DNA from: Gammaproteobacteria bacterium
GTDB taxonomy: Bacteria > Pseudomonadota > Gammaproteobacteria > Eutrophobiales > Eutrophobiaceae
Reading direction: 5' to 3'
Assembly: GCA_965215365.1 (NCBI GenBank)
Contig: CBDCDS010000003.1
Span: 1,664,001-1,728,000, forward strand
Length of the DNA: 64,000 nucleotides
Shown: positions 31,054-40,359 of the stretch, one piece after another
Position numbering within the stretch: the stretch's first letter is position 1
Layout: each line of letters begins with the position of its first letter
Translations under genes and position numbers: made by a program
The notes under the pieces: model-generated
Told to the model about the DNA's origin: nothing
What the model saw: only the letters and a program-made list of their open reading frames with translations
Databases searched by the model: none

Positions 31054-31245
31054 ATGAAATCAAACGACACGCACCTGGAGCAGGCCATCGAGAGGCTGAA
31101 GTCTCAGATGGAAACGCAGCAACGGTACATAGATGATTTAGAACTGCGACTGACTAACCTGACCGTTGACCTCTATGGGCATCTGGCCAAATGGAAAACT
31201 GGCCAGCGAAACAAAGATGTAGGCCGACGGCAGGACTCTCGATGA
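31054..31245 (+). CDS. 63-aa coiled-coil hypothetical protein, separated from its RBS by the IS derivative
   Basis: ATG lies in the CCATGA duplication; AGGAG at 29518-29522 is 7 nt upstream in the reconstructed empty site. Confidence 0.6.
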   Translation: MKSNDTHLEQAIERLKSQMETQQRYIDDLELRLTNLTVDLYGHLAKWKTGQRNKDVGRRQDSR

Positions 31246-31455
31246 ACATATCACTGATTTTTTGAACGAGCGTCGATGACGACTAAAACAGAACTCGATG
31301 TCAGCGTCGAGCAAGAGGATGTCATCCTCACACTCCGGGTGCGCTGGCCGGCCGCCTCGTTCCTGGCTATCGCACGTCAGGTGCACGAGGTACTGCACCC
31401 GGTGCGCACCATCCGGCCAGAGCGCCCGCCCATTGAGCATCAGGACAGCGATTAG

Positions 31456-31911
31456 TCAATCGCCCGTTGCAGGTGCCGTCGGATAATGTCTCCGATCTCG
31501 TTTCGAGCGTTGACCCGACCGACCACGTGCCGTCCGGGCAACCACCGAAAAACTGCCGAACTCGCCGCGCCTTGCACCCTCCTGGTGAGTGGACGCATAC
31601 GGCACATCAGTCCCCACCACCACACTGCGACGGTCATAAGCCGTAGTGATACTGCGCTTTAGCCGGCCAGATAAAACCAACGGGTTGTTGGCCGGCTTGC
31701 TCCGCTTGAGCCGCCGAGCCTGTGTGGCCTTCGATAACGCAGCCCACGCGCTGCCATCCGGCGCCCGCTTGGTGTTAAACCTGTTTTCCGTCGATGTCGC
31801 CAGAAGACCAGCCACCTCCTGCATCGCCGGCGACATATCATCCGCAGCATCACGCAACTGCCGCAACGCCCGCCTCACGTCACTATCACTGAGAGATATT
31901 CGTATGTTCAT
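31456..31911 (-). CDS. Phage virion morphogenesis protein (Mu gpG-like)
   Basis: MSPAMQEVAG..STENRF..APDGSAWAALS..LVLSGRLKRSI..VVGTDVPYASTHQEG; C-terminus looks degenerate. Confidence 0.85.
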   Translation of the reverse strand: MNIRISLSDSDVRRALRQLRDAADDMSPAMQEVAGLLATSTENRFNTKRAPDGSAWAALSKATQARRLKRSKPANNPLVLSGRLKRSITTAYDRRSVVVGTDVPYASTHQEGARRGEFGSFSVVARTARGRSGQRSKRDRRHYPTAPATGD

Positions 31912-32061
31912 GGCTCTCTAATATTTGTCCCGTATTCCCCCGCAATATCCCGCATTTTTCCGTCAACACTTTGTTGATTTTCCCCCGCTTCAAAAACCCC
32001 ATACCAGCCCCGTGCAACATTTATCGCATGAATCAGAGATAATTTATCGCATGATTCTACA

Positions 32062-34378
32062 CACGACCCTCACGGCCACGACCGACAGTACCGATGAGCC
32101 GTATAACACCGAGGCCGTGGTCATCGAATTAGGCACGCCGCCCGCCGGCACCAACAAGGGCAGTCCCGCCGAGGTGACCGTCACCCTCATTGACAACAAC
32201 CCCACCACCGTGACGCTAGCTGCCACCGCCGGGGATATCACCGAAGGCGCCACCAAGACCTTCACCGTCACCTCAGCGCGCGCCCTAGTCGCCGGCGAGG
32301 TGCTGCCGGTGCCGCTGACCTTCACCGGTACGGCCACCCGCAACACCGACTACACCGTAGCTTGTCCGGACACCCTGCCCACCGGGGTGAGCTGTAACAA
32401 CCTCAATACTGCCGCCACCCCCACCGTGACCTTCACCGGCCCGGCTGCTATGGCCGTGACCGTCACGCTGACGAGCACCACGGACAATACCACCGAGAGC
32501 GGCGGTGAGACCGTGGATATTGGTTTGGGCACACTCAATGCCAGCTCCGGCACGAACTTAGGCGGCGGTGCTGCCGGCACGGACAACTTAGACACCTTCA
32601 CTATCAATGACCCGCCCGCCGCCGGCGCGCTGCCCTTAACATTAGCCGCCATCGCCACGGACAATACCATCAACCTCGCCGAGAGGGCCGCCGGCTTTGC
32701 TATTAGTGGCACCACCGGCAGCGAGGCCGGCGTGGCGGTGACGGTGACGGTGACTGCCAGTAAGAACGGGCTCACTGCCGCCGCAGTGACCCGCGCCCTC
32801 ACGGTTGATCTCAGCGCACCCACGGCACCCACCTACACCGCGCCGGATACGCTGACGGTGGAAGATGCCGCCGGCAACCCGGCTGAGACCACGATTGATT
32901 TCCCGGCGGTGGACGCGGAAATAATCAGGGTTGTTGGAGGAGGCGAAGACGTTGCTGTGACGGTTGTTGAAATGTCGACAGCCGTTGAACTGGAGGCTAT
33001 GGCGCCGACATCCGAGGCCGTGCGTCGGCAGGTGTCACCTTCGGAAGATGTCGTGTTTGCGGTGTCTCCTGTAGTGATAGAGCAGGTGGGTGACAGGCAG
33101 CTTGCCGAGGGTGAGGGGAGGTTTACGTTCTGTCTGCCGCGCGGCTCGGTTCCTGCCGGTTATACGGCGGTGATTTACCTTGCCAGCGGGGGTGATGGCA
33201 GTGAATCTTCGCATTGGGTGGCATTGCCCAATCAACAAGATGAGCCATTGCGGCAACGGGTGTGTGCGACCGTGTCAGGGTTTTCCATGTTTCGGGTGGG
33301 TTATGATGCACAAGCCGCACAAGATGAGGTGTTGGGCGTATTATCGATAAGCAGTGCCAGTGTGCGCGAGTTTGTCGGTGCACTGTTCTTCGATGTCAGG
33401 TTGAACAAGCCGGCGGCGCAGGTGGTGACGGTGGCTTATGCCACACAGGCGGGTACGGCCACGCGCGAGGTGGACTATAAGCATACGTCAGGTACACTGA
33501 GGTTCGAGGTGGGTGAGACGCACAAGCAGGTTAAGGTGAATATATTGGACGATGATGTGGTTGAGGGGATTGAGTACTTCGAGCTGGTGCTGAGCGCCCC
33601 GGTTAATGCCAGCTTGGCGCAAGCTGTGGCGACCGGCACGATTGTTGACGATGATCGCGTGCGTCTGTTCCTTCGTCATGCCAGTGCCGCTGAGGGCGCC
33701 GGCGAGATGATTTTCAGGATGGAGCTTGAGCCGTGGAGTGAAGAGCAGGTGACGGTGGACTATACAACTGTTGATCGCGCGGCACTGGCGGGCGTTGATT
33801 ACACTGCGGTCGCCGGCACGCTTACATTTGCACCGGGGCAGCGGCGCAAGGTGCTGCGGGTGCCGCTGATTGATGATGCGGTGCATGAAGACACGGAGTC
33901 GTTCACGGTGCAGTTCAGCAATCTGGTCAATGCTGAGTTCGAGCGGCTCAAGGCGGTTAATGGTTGGGTGTATGATGACGATGTGCGCGCCATCAGGGTG
34001 TCCCCGTCGATGATGCAGATGAGCGAAGGGTCAACGGAGCGTTGCACGATAGTGCTGGCCACGCAGCCCACGGGTGAGGTGACGCTGGAATTGACTACGA
34101 ATAACCGAGCTGTACAGTTGTCGCCGGCGCGACTGACTTTCGATGCGAGCAACTGGTCACGTCCGCAGCAGGTGACGGTAACGGTGCCGGCAGATACGAA
34201 TATGTTCGATGACGAGGCGCTGTTGACGTACAAGGCACGCGGCGCTGACTACGAGGCGATGCAGGGAGAGACGATATTGTACATTGAAGATATGAACCGC
34301 CCTGATAATGACGGGTTGCGCGATACGGCGCCGATCATATATCCTGACAGCCCGTTCACTCCGTTGGGTAACTTCTGA
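32062..34378 (+). pseudogene. C-terminal part of a Calx-beta/Ig adhesin without native start, with internal deletions
   Basis: Module TTVTLAATAGDITEG..DYTVACPDTLPTGVSC is homologous to about 26815-27230; two Calx-beta domains (GTATREVDY, AALAGVDY); ORF 31925-34378 opens in unrelated sequence. Confidence 0.75.
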
Positions 34379-34426
34379 CGTGATGCTTTCTTCGCATCAC
34401 TTGGTGAGATCTGCGGGTTAAAGCAG

Positions 34427-34530
34427 ATGCGATTTGAAGAGGCTTATTGTGGTTGGACGGAACGACTCTTGAAGCAGGAGGAACTGGCGCAGTTATTGGG
34501 TGTGTGCGCCCGGACCTTCCAGCATTACAT
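34427..34530 (+). pseudogene. ISNCY/IS1202-like transposase N-terminal fragment
   Basis: MRFEEAYCGWTERLLKQEELAQLLGVCARTF HTH start. Confidence 0.65.
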
Positions 34531-34555
34531 GGCCGGTATGTTGTTCGGAGTTTGC

Positions 34556-35110
34556 TTAGGCCGCAAGGGTTTCGATGACATCGCCCTTGCGTTGCAGTAC
34601 GGTCACGCCCTGCGCCAGGGCCGCCTGCTTCAGCGCGTCATGGAAGTGGAAGGCGGCCAGCGCCAAGCGCTGCCGGCGGTCGGCATGTTCCGGGAATAAG
34701 CGCCGGAAGTTGGGCGCTTTCTGGTCCAGCAAGCGCGCCAAGTCGTTCTCATGTGCCTTGTACTTCACTTCCACGACAAACACTTCGCGACCGTTCACTA
34801 ACAGCAGGTCAAACTCGTCCTCAAGGCCGGCGCGGCTGCGGGTGATGTTCCGGTCGACGAAGTCGAAGCGCACCCCGGCCAGCACCGGATTGGCCTTGAG
34901 GCTGTTGTGATAGAACTCCTCAGCCGCCGCCCCCAGGCTGTTGCCAACGCCGCCATACATTTCCGCCAGACGGTTCAGCTTGGCCTCGGTCTTCGCCTGC
35001 TGGACAGCGTTTTTCGCCAGCTGGGCATCAGTCCTCGCCAGCTGGGCATCAGTACGGTCTTGCGCGACGGCCAAGCCGGCAACCAGCGCTTTCAGTTCCT
35101 CATCAGTCAT
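34556..35110 (-). CDS. Coiled-coil plus PD-(D/E)XK-like domain protein (DUF3782-like)
   Basis: Heptads RTDAQLA x2 (21-bp repeat); AAEEFY, EFDLLLVNG, VVEVK. Confidence 0.75.
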   Translation of the reverse strand: MTDEELKALVAGLAVAQDRTDAQLARTDAQLAKNAVQQAKTEAKLNRLAEMYGGVGNSLGAAAEEFYHNSLKANPVLAGVRFDFVDRNITRSRAGLEDEFDLLLVNGREVFVVEVKYKAHENDLARLLDQKAPNFRRLFPEHADRRQRLALAAFHFHDALKQAALAQGVTVLQRKGDVIETLAA

Positions 35111-35139
35111 GGCAAAACCCTCTCAACGAAGCGGCGGCT

Positions 35140-35271
35140 CAGTACATCCTGTCGGCGTTCGCGCCGGCATTGATGGCGCCAACAACAGGCTTTCCTGACA
35201 TCGGGCTGCTGCACCCTGTCCCCTGCCTGCGCCGCGCACGGTTTACCACCGGTTTCTATCACTGCATACAT
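35140..35271 (-). pseudogene. rplU: Decayed ribosomal protein L21 relic
   Basis: MYAVIETGGK(PCAAQA)GDRV, then GKPVVGA-INA in another frame. Confidence 0.6.
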
Positions 35272-35341
35272 AGCCCTTACATCTGTTAACAGCTCAGGAG
35301 AGACATTCTATATCACTCAGGTTTGAAATAAAAAGGCCCGG

Positions 35342-35917
35342 CTACTGCCTGTGGAACGGCATCTTGCGCCCGGAAAACCGGGTTTTCAGGAATTCCATCT
35401 GGTCGGCCAGTATTTTCCTGTTGGACAGAGCCAGATACTCGGCCCAGTTGGGCACGTAAGGCACTGCCAGCAATGACATCTTCGCCTCGTCGGGAGTCTT
35501 GTTGCCCTTGCGGGTATTGCAGGAACGGCAGGCGGTGACGACATTGGACCAGCGGTCCTTGCCCCCGCGTGAGATGGGAATGACATGATCGCGGGTCAGG
35601 GCGCCGCCGCGGCCGCTGTTGTTGCCGCAATACATGCAGATATGGGCGTCGCGTAGAAACAGCTCGCGGTTGGTCAACGGCGGCACGTTACGGTACACAT
35701 GCTTGTGATTGCGCGAATGCTTGATGGCAATAATGGAGTTGATCGAGATGCTGGAACGCAGCCCGGTCAACCTGCAGTTGCCGCCATGGAACGTGAACGT
35801 TTCATCGCCGGCGGTCCAGCCCACCATGTCGCGGCAATACAGACTCACCGCGTCCTGCCAGGGGATCCAGGTCACCGGCATACCGGAAATATCAAGTCGC
35901 AAGATAAGTGGTTTCAT
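35342..35917 (-). CDS. HNH endonuclease
   Basis: LFLRDAHICMYCG, LTRDHVIPISRGG, NVVTACRSCNTRKG. Confidence 0.92.
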   Translation of the reverse strand: MKPLILRLDISGMPVTWIPWQDAVSLYCRDMVGWTAGDETFTFHGGNCRLTGLRSSISINSIIAIKHSRNHKHVYRNVPPLTNRELFLRDAHICMYCGNNSGRGGALTRDHVIPISRGGKDRWSNVVTACRSCNTRKGNKTPDEAKMSLLAVPYVPNWAEYLALSNRKILADQMEFLKTRFSGRKMPFHRQ

Positions 35918-36057
35918 GTGTTAATCTAGTACTACAGTCGATTTTTGTATCAACCCCGGCGGGTCCTCGTAACGCAGACCTAAGGCCGCCTCTAAAAATG
36001 CCACGGAGGGTATTTTTACAGGTTCCCATAACAATAGCTCGCAAAAATTACCGGAAT

Positions 36058-36870
36058 ATGAAGATATTACAGGCAATGCAGGAACTGATCAACATCATGG
36101 CGGCCTTGCGCGACCCGGATACGGGCTGCCCCTGGGATCGGGAGCAGACCCTGCAATCCATTGTTCCCCATACCCTGGAGGAAGTCTATGAACTGGTGGA
36201 TGCCATTGAGCATGGCAGTATGGAAGATCTTCGGGATGAGTTGGGTGATTTGCTGTTCCACGTCGTGTTCTATGCGCACCTGGCCATGGAGACCGGCGCC
36301 TTCGACTTTGCGGAGGTGGCAGCGGGGGTCTGCGCGAAGCTCAGGCGTCGGCATCCTCACGTTTTTGCCGGGCAGCAGGTAGCTTCAAGTGCAGAGGTAC
36401 AGCGTAACTGGGAGCAGCTCAAGCGGGAGGAGAACGGCGCCCGGCAGTCAGGCATGTATCTGGATAATATCGCCCGCGCGCTGCCGGCAGCGCTGCGCGC
36501 AGAGAAATTACAAAAGCGCGCCGCCACAGTCGGTTTCGACTGGGCTGAGTCCGGCCCGGTGCTGGCCAGGCTGGAAGAAGAAATCGGTGAACTGAAACAG
36601 GCCATGATCGAAGCGCAAGGAAGCGCCCGCCTGCACGCCGAACTGGGCGATGTGCTGTTTGCCACCGTCAACCTTGCCAGACATCTTGAGTTAAGCTCTG
36701 AAACCGCACTGCGCGCAGCCAACACCAGGTTTGAACAGCGTTTTCACTACATTCAGGCGACCCTAGAGGCGGCCGGGGAAGACCTGGACAGCGCCTCTTT
36801 GGAACGCATGGAGGAACTATGGGAGGAAGCGAAACAGGCTGAAGATCAAGGCAAGCTGGGGCTTACTTAA
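36058..36870 (+). CDS. mazG: Nucleoside triphosphate pyrophosphohydrolase
   Basis: LRDPDTGCPWDREQT, EEVYE, DELGDLL, RRHPHVF, GFDW, ELGDVLF. Confidence 0.95.
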   Translation: MKILQAMQELINIMAALRDPDTGCPWDREQTLQSIVPHTLEEVYELVDAIEHGSMEDLRDELGDLLFHVVFYAHLAMETGAFDFAEVAAGVCAKLRRRHPHVFAGQQVASSAEVQRNWEQLKREENGARQSGMYLDNIARALPAALRAEKLQKRAATVGFDWAESGPVLARLEEEIGELKQAMIEAQGSARLHAELGDVLFATVNLARHLELSSETALRAANTRFEQRFHYIQATLEAAGEDLDSASLERMEELWEEAKQAEDQGKLGLT

Positions 36871-37048
36871 AGTACCTTATCAATTACGCCCAGTGCAATC
36901 AGGATGCTGACGCCAACGACCAGCATATTCAATTTAGTGTCTATGCGTTCCAGACGACGCCCCAATCATTGAGCTCGTCCGAGGCTTTTATAGCCTTGTC
37001 TTCGGTTGCGCCAGCGTCGACTAGCACTCTGTACAGTGCGGTTGTCAT
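36867..37048 (-). pseudogene. About 60-aa coiled-coil plus TM protein, 1 nt short at a G run near 36961
   Basis: MTTALYRVLVDAGATEDKAIKASDELNDWG / RRLERIDTKLNMLVVGVSILIALGVIDKVL*. Confidence 0.6.
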
Positions 37049-37065
37049 GCTGGCAGTATAGCATA

Positions 37066-37956
37066 TTAATTCTCTCTTTCCACAATATAACGCGCAAGCT
37101 CACGTAGCGTCCCGGCTTCGGCGCCGAAATCCGCCAGATTCTCCAGGGCCTCGTCCAACGCCTGACGCGCGGCGCGTTTTGCGCCCTCCAGTCCCAGCAG
37201 GCTGGGATAGGTAGCCTTGTTGCGCTCCAGGTCGGAGCCCTGCGGTTTGCCCAGGGTTTCGGTGTCGCTTTCAATGTCGAGCACATCGTCATGAATTTGA
37301 AAAGCCAGACCGATGCATTGCGCGTAACGGGACACCCGTTCAAAGCGCTGCTCAGCCACCGGCGTCGAACAGAGTGCGCCCAGCTCAACGCTGGCCCGGA
37401 TCAGCGCGCCGGTTTTGTACGCATGCATGGTTTGCAGTTCTGCTAGGGTCAGCCCCCTGTTTTCGGCTTCCAGATCGATGGCCTGGCCACCGGCCATGCC
37501 CAGCGACCCGGCAGCATGCGCCAGCACGCCGAGCATCCGTAACCGCTGTGCGGGAGGAACCGGTATGGCAGTATCCTGCGCCAGCGCCTGGAACGCCAGC
37601 GCTTGCAGGGCGTCGCCGGCGAGGATGGCCGTGGCCTCGCCGTAAGCCTTATGGCAGGTAGGGCGCCCGCGTCGCAGGTTGTCATCATCCATCGCTGGCA
37701 GGTCATCGTGGATGAGTGAATAGGTATGGATCATTTCCACCGCACAAGCACAGGCATCGAGGGCTGCCGGTTCGACCTTGAAGGCCTCGCCACCGGCATA
37801 GACCAGCACCGGCCTGATACGTTTGCCGCCGGCGAAAACCGCATAGCGGATGGCTTCATGCAGGGATTTGGGCGCTACCGTTGACGCCGGTATCCAGCGC
37901 TCTAGGGTGGCGTTGACCCGGGCCTGATAGTCAGACAGTTTTTCGGCAAAGGTCAA
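37066..37956 (-). CDS. ispA: Farnesyl diphosphate synthase
   Basis: GGKRIRP, LIHDDLPAMDDDNLRRG, GQAID, FQIHDDVLD. Confidence 0.95.
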   Translation of the reverse strand: MTFAEKLSDYQARVNATLERWIPASTVAPKSLHEAIRYAVFAGGKRIRPVLVYAGGEAFKVEPAALDACACAVEMIHTYSLIHDDLPAMDDDNLRRGRPTCHKAYGEATAILAGDALQALAFQALAQDTAIPVPPAQRLRMLGVLAHAAGSLGMAGGQAIDLEAENRGLTLAELQTMHAYKTGALIRASVELGALCSTPVAEQRFERVSRYAQCIGLAFQIHDDVLDIESDTETLGKPQGSDLERNKATYPSLLGLEGAKRAARQALDEALENLADFGAEAGTLRELARYIVEREN

Positions 37957-37972
37957 GGGCGACTATCCCCAT

Positions 37973-38221
37973 TCATAGTTCTTGCGCGCGTTCCGGCGCA
38001 AATCCGGCCAGTTCCCCGCTGTCATTATCCTGAGTCAAAATTCGCACTTTCTGCTCGGCCGCCGCCAGGGCTTGCTGGCAGCTGCGGGTCAGGCTGACGC
38101 CGCGCTCGAACTGTTGCAGGGATTCTTCTAGGGTCAGGTCGCCTTTCTCCATGGTTTCGACCAGCTGCTCCAGTTCCGCCAGCGCTTTTTCAAAATCGAT
38201 TTCAGGTTTGGTATCGGACAC
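37973..38221 (-). CDS. xseB: Exodeoxyribonuclease VII small subunit
   Basis: FEKALAELEQLVETME..LEESLQQFERG; upstream of ispA. Confidence 0.95.
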   Translation of the reverse strand: MSDTKPEIDFEKALAELEQLVETMEKGDLTLEESLQQFERGVSLTRSCQQALAAAEQKVRILTQDNDSGELAGFAPERAQEL

Positions 38222-38334
38222 AAGCCGGCCTCCGGTGAATAATGGCTTCGATTGTACCGCACATTTACCGTCCAGGTAAAAATCCGGTGTATTCCCTAAT
38301 CGACAATTAGAAATCGGTATAAATAGAAAAATCC

Positions 38335-38400
38335 TGTCCGGGTTCAGAGCAGCACCTCCCTGTGCTGCACGGGTGCCTCATGTTTGTGAGAGGCACCCGT
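38335..38400. mobile_element. Isolated 14-bp IS481 left end followed by a MITE fragment
   Basis: TGTCCGGGTTCAGA is the exact reverse complement of 40268-40281; then gcagcacctccctgtgctgcacgggtgcctc..gaggcaccc. Confidence 0.75.
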
Positions 38401-38434
38401 TAGTTTATTGGCCAGCTGTGCGGCCCGCACTCGG

Positions 38435-39068
38435 CTACTGGTTCCCTCCGAGAAGCTCACCCGCCAGACCGACCCTCGCGCAGCCCCTGCCGCCCATGAA
38501 CAGGAAGTAGGCGCTGCCAGTTTCCGTCCATTGGCGGGTGTTTACGGGCGGGCTGAAGACCGGCACCACCATCTCACCGGGGCCTTGATTGGGATTGTTG
38601 GCATTGCGGTTGGTCCAGATGCGGGCACCGGCCTTGGGGCGCACCTCGATGATGTTCTCGCCAAGCACACCGCCGGAGAAATTGATACTCCTATTCCCAT
38701 CCGGGTTGCGCCACTGGTTGTTGCCGATCGCCGCAGTCCGCCACTCCCAGTCGCTGAAAGTGGAGCCGAAATCGTTTGCTGAGGTAATGAATCCTATGTT
38801 GATGTTGAAGCTTTGCCGCGTCACGCTGGAATTGGTGGACGACAGGATCAGCTTCATGCGGCCGGGCGTGGCGTGGTCACCGCAGCCGTCCACAACTTGC
38901 GAAACCGATGCAAGCGAGACGGTGCAGATGCTGCCGGTGCAAGTAGGAGGCGTTTGCGCCTGCGCCGGTCCTGCAAGCAGCAGGAAGCAGAGCATCGCGG
39001 CGGCGGGCGCCGCGAGGGCCGTCAGTCTAGTGGGGGGGGGGGGGGGGTAAAAGTGTATCTCGTTTCAT
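38435..39068 (-). CDS. Putative secreted protein with poly-C tract in the signal N-region, out of frame as assembled
   Basis: AGGAG RBS, ATG 39068, C16 (G16 at 39032-39047), TAG 39027; C15 gives MKRDTLLPPPPPTRLTALAAPAAAMLCFLLLAGPAQA-QTPPTC joined to ORF 38435-38995. Confidence 0.72.
39032..39047 (-). repeat. C16 homopolymer (G16 on + strand)
   Basis: Direct count. Confidence 0.95.
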
Positions 39069-39111
39069 TGTCTGTCTCCTGATGGTTGAGTAAAACAACT
39101 CATCGGCACCG

Positions 39112-39140
39112 ATTATACTATAATGGTCAGGAAAAGTCAA
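39112..39140 (-). promoter_or_regulatory. Near-consensus sigma70 promoter TTGACT-17-TATAAT
   Basis: -35 at 39140-39135, -10 at 39117-39112. Confidence 0.8.
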
Positions 39141-39146
39141 AAAAAC

Positions 39147-40281
39147 TGTCCAGGTTCAATACATATGAGACTCAGAGGCAGGCTGTGTGAGTTGTTGATA
39201 ATACTCCATTGGGGTTAATAAACCCATACCGTCATGCGGCCGGTAGGTATTGTAGTATTGCTGATACTCGGCCAGTTTGCGGTTGATGGCGGCCACGGTC
39301 AGTGGACCCTCGTAGAACGGATAGAACTCATAGCGGCTGGTGGCATTGGCGCGTTCTACACAGCCGTTGTATTCGGGTTTTTTCGGGGGCAGCACGTACA
39401 GGGGGATTCCTAAGTCCTGGCAAGCCTGCTCGAACTCATCTTAAGAACTCCGAGCCGCCATCGACTTGGATAGAACGGATGGGAAACGGCGCCTCACCGA
39501 GCAGCGCCTTTAAGAAGCGCCGGGCATTGCCACTGGTGGCCCGACTGTAGGCTCGCAGCGCACTCCATTTGCTCACCGGACAGACGGCCTTGAACTCCTT
39601 CACCGTGACGCCGTCCGTGAAGCCGACACTCATGTGGTCTATCTGCATCAACTCCCCCGGCGCCTTAGCCTTCATCCCGTAGCGCCAGCGCTTGGCATGA
39701 TGGGTAAACGCCCGGCGGCGCTTAGGCTTCACCCGGCCATAGTAAAACGCCACCGGCTTGACCCGACCTAGCCGCACCCGCTTCGCCACGATGCGCCCGA
39801 CCGTACTCTCGCTCAAAGTCCAGCCCTGCTCGCGCACCCCCACCCGCCAGAGCTTACGCTTGCCCCATAACGGATAACGTTGGCGAAGGTGCAAGACCTG
39901 CTGCTCGTGCTGGCGCGTCCATTGCGGCACACGCCGCCGCCGCGGCGCACGAGAGCCACACCCCAGACCCTTCAGCCCATGTTCACGATACCGCTTCAAC
40001 CAACGGTAGTAGGTCGCCCTCGACCCACCTACTGCTGCCAGTGCCGTCGCCTCACCACACCCATCCTCGCGTAACGTCGCAACTAATTCCAACTGCTGCA
40101 AACGACCGAGCGCGTCAGCATCGGTAGTATCATCGACGCGCCAACTGCGATATGATTTCACCCGCTTACCTTTTGATCTGCATCGGGTAGTCCTCCTGTG
40201 TAAGTTAATCGAAATCACTTTACACACTTAACTACCCGATTTCTTTATCTAAAGAGTCTCACTTGTTTCTGAACCCGGACA
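39147..40281 (-). mobile_element. IS481-family insertion sequence (1135 bp)
   Basis: TGT..ACA imperfect IRs TGTCCAGGTTCAATACATATGAGACTC / TGTCCGGGTTCAGAAACAAGTGAGACTC; flanks do not form a duplication. Confidence 0.88.
39156..40227 (-). pseudogene. IS481-family DDE transposase with +1 frameshift near 39440
   Basis: HTH, PGELMQID, IQVDGGSEF, then (shifted) LPPKKPEYNGCVER..YNTYRPH. Confidence 0.88.
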
Positions 40282-40285
40282 GAAG

Positions 40286-40313
40286 TTGACACCGGTGCGG
40301 GAATGAGTAGAAT
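40286..40313 (+). promoter_or_regulatory. Sigma70 promoter TTGACA-16-TAGAAT of the rubrerythrin operon
   Basis: 4 bp outside the IS left end. Confidence 0.6.
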
Positions 40314-40359
40314 CGACTCGCCATCAACCATAACACAGTAATCCCGAGGAGAAACACAG

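Noticed and set aside
28720-31911. Intact prophage
   Set aside because: Only a truncated gpF and gpG, in opposite orientations; no transposase, terminase, capsid or tail genes.
35342-36870. HNH-MazG defence system
   Set aside because: The genes are divergent and MazG is the ordinary two-domain housekeeping type.
39430-39450. Programmed frameshift in the transposase
   Set aside because: No slippery heptamer, and it falls inside the DDE core; more likely a mutation or sequencing error.
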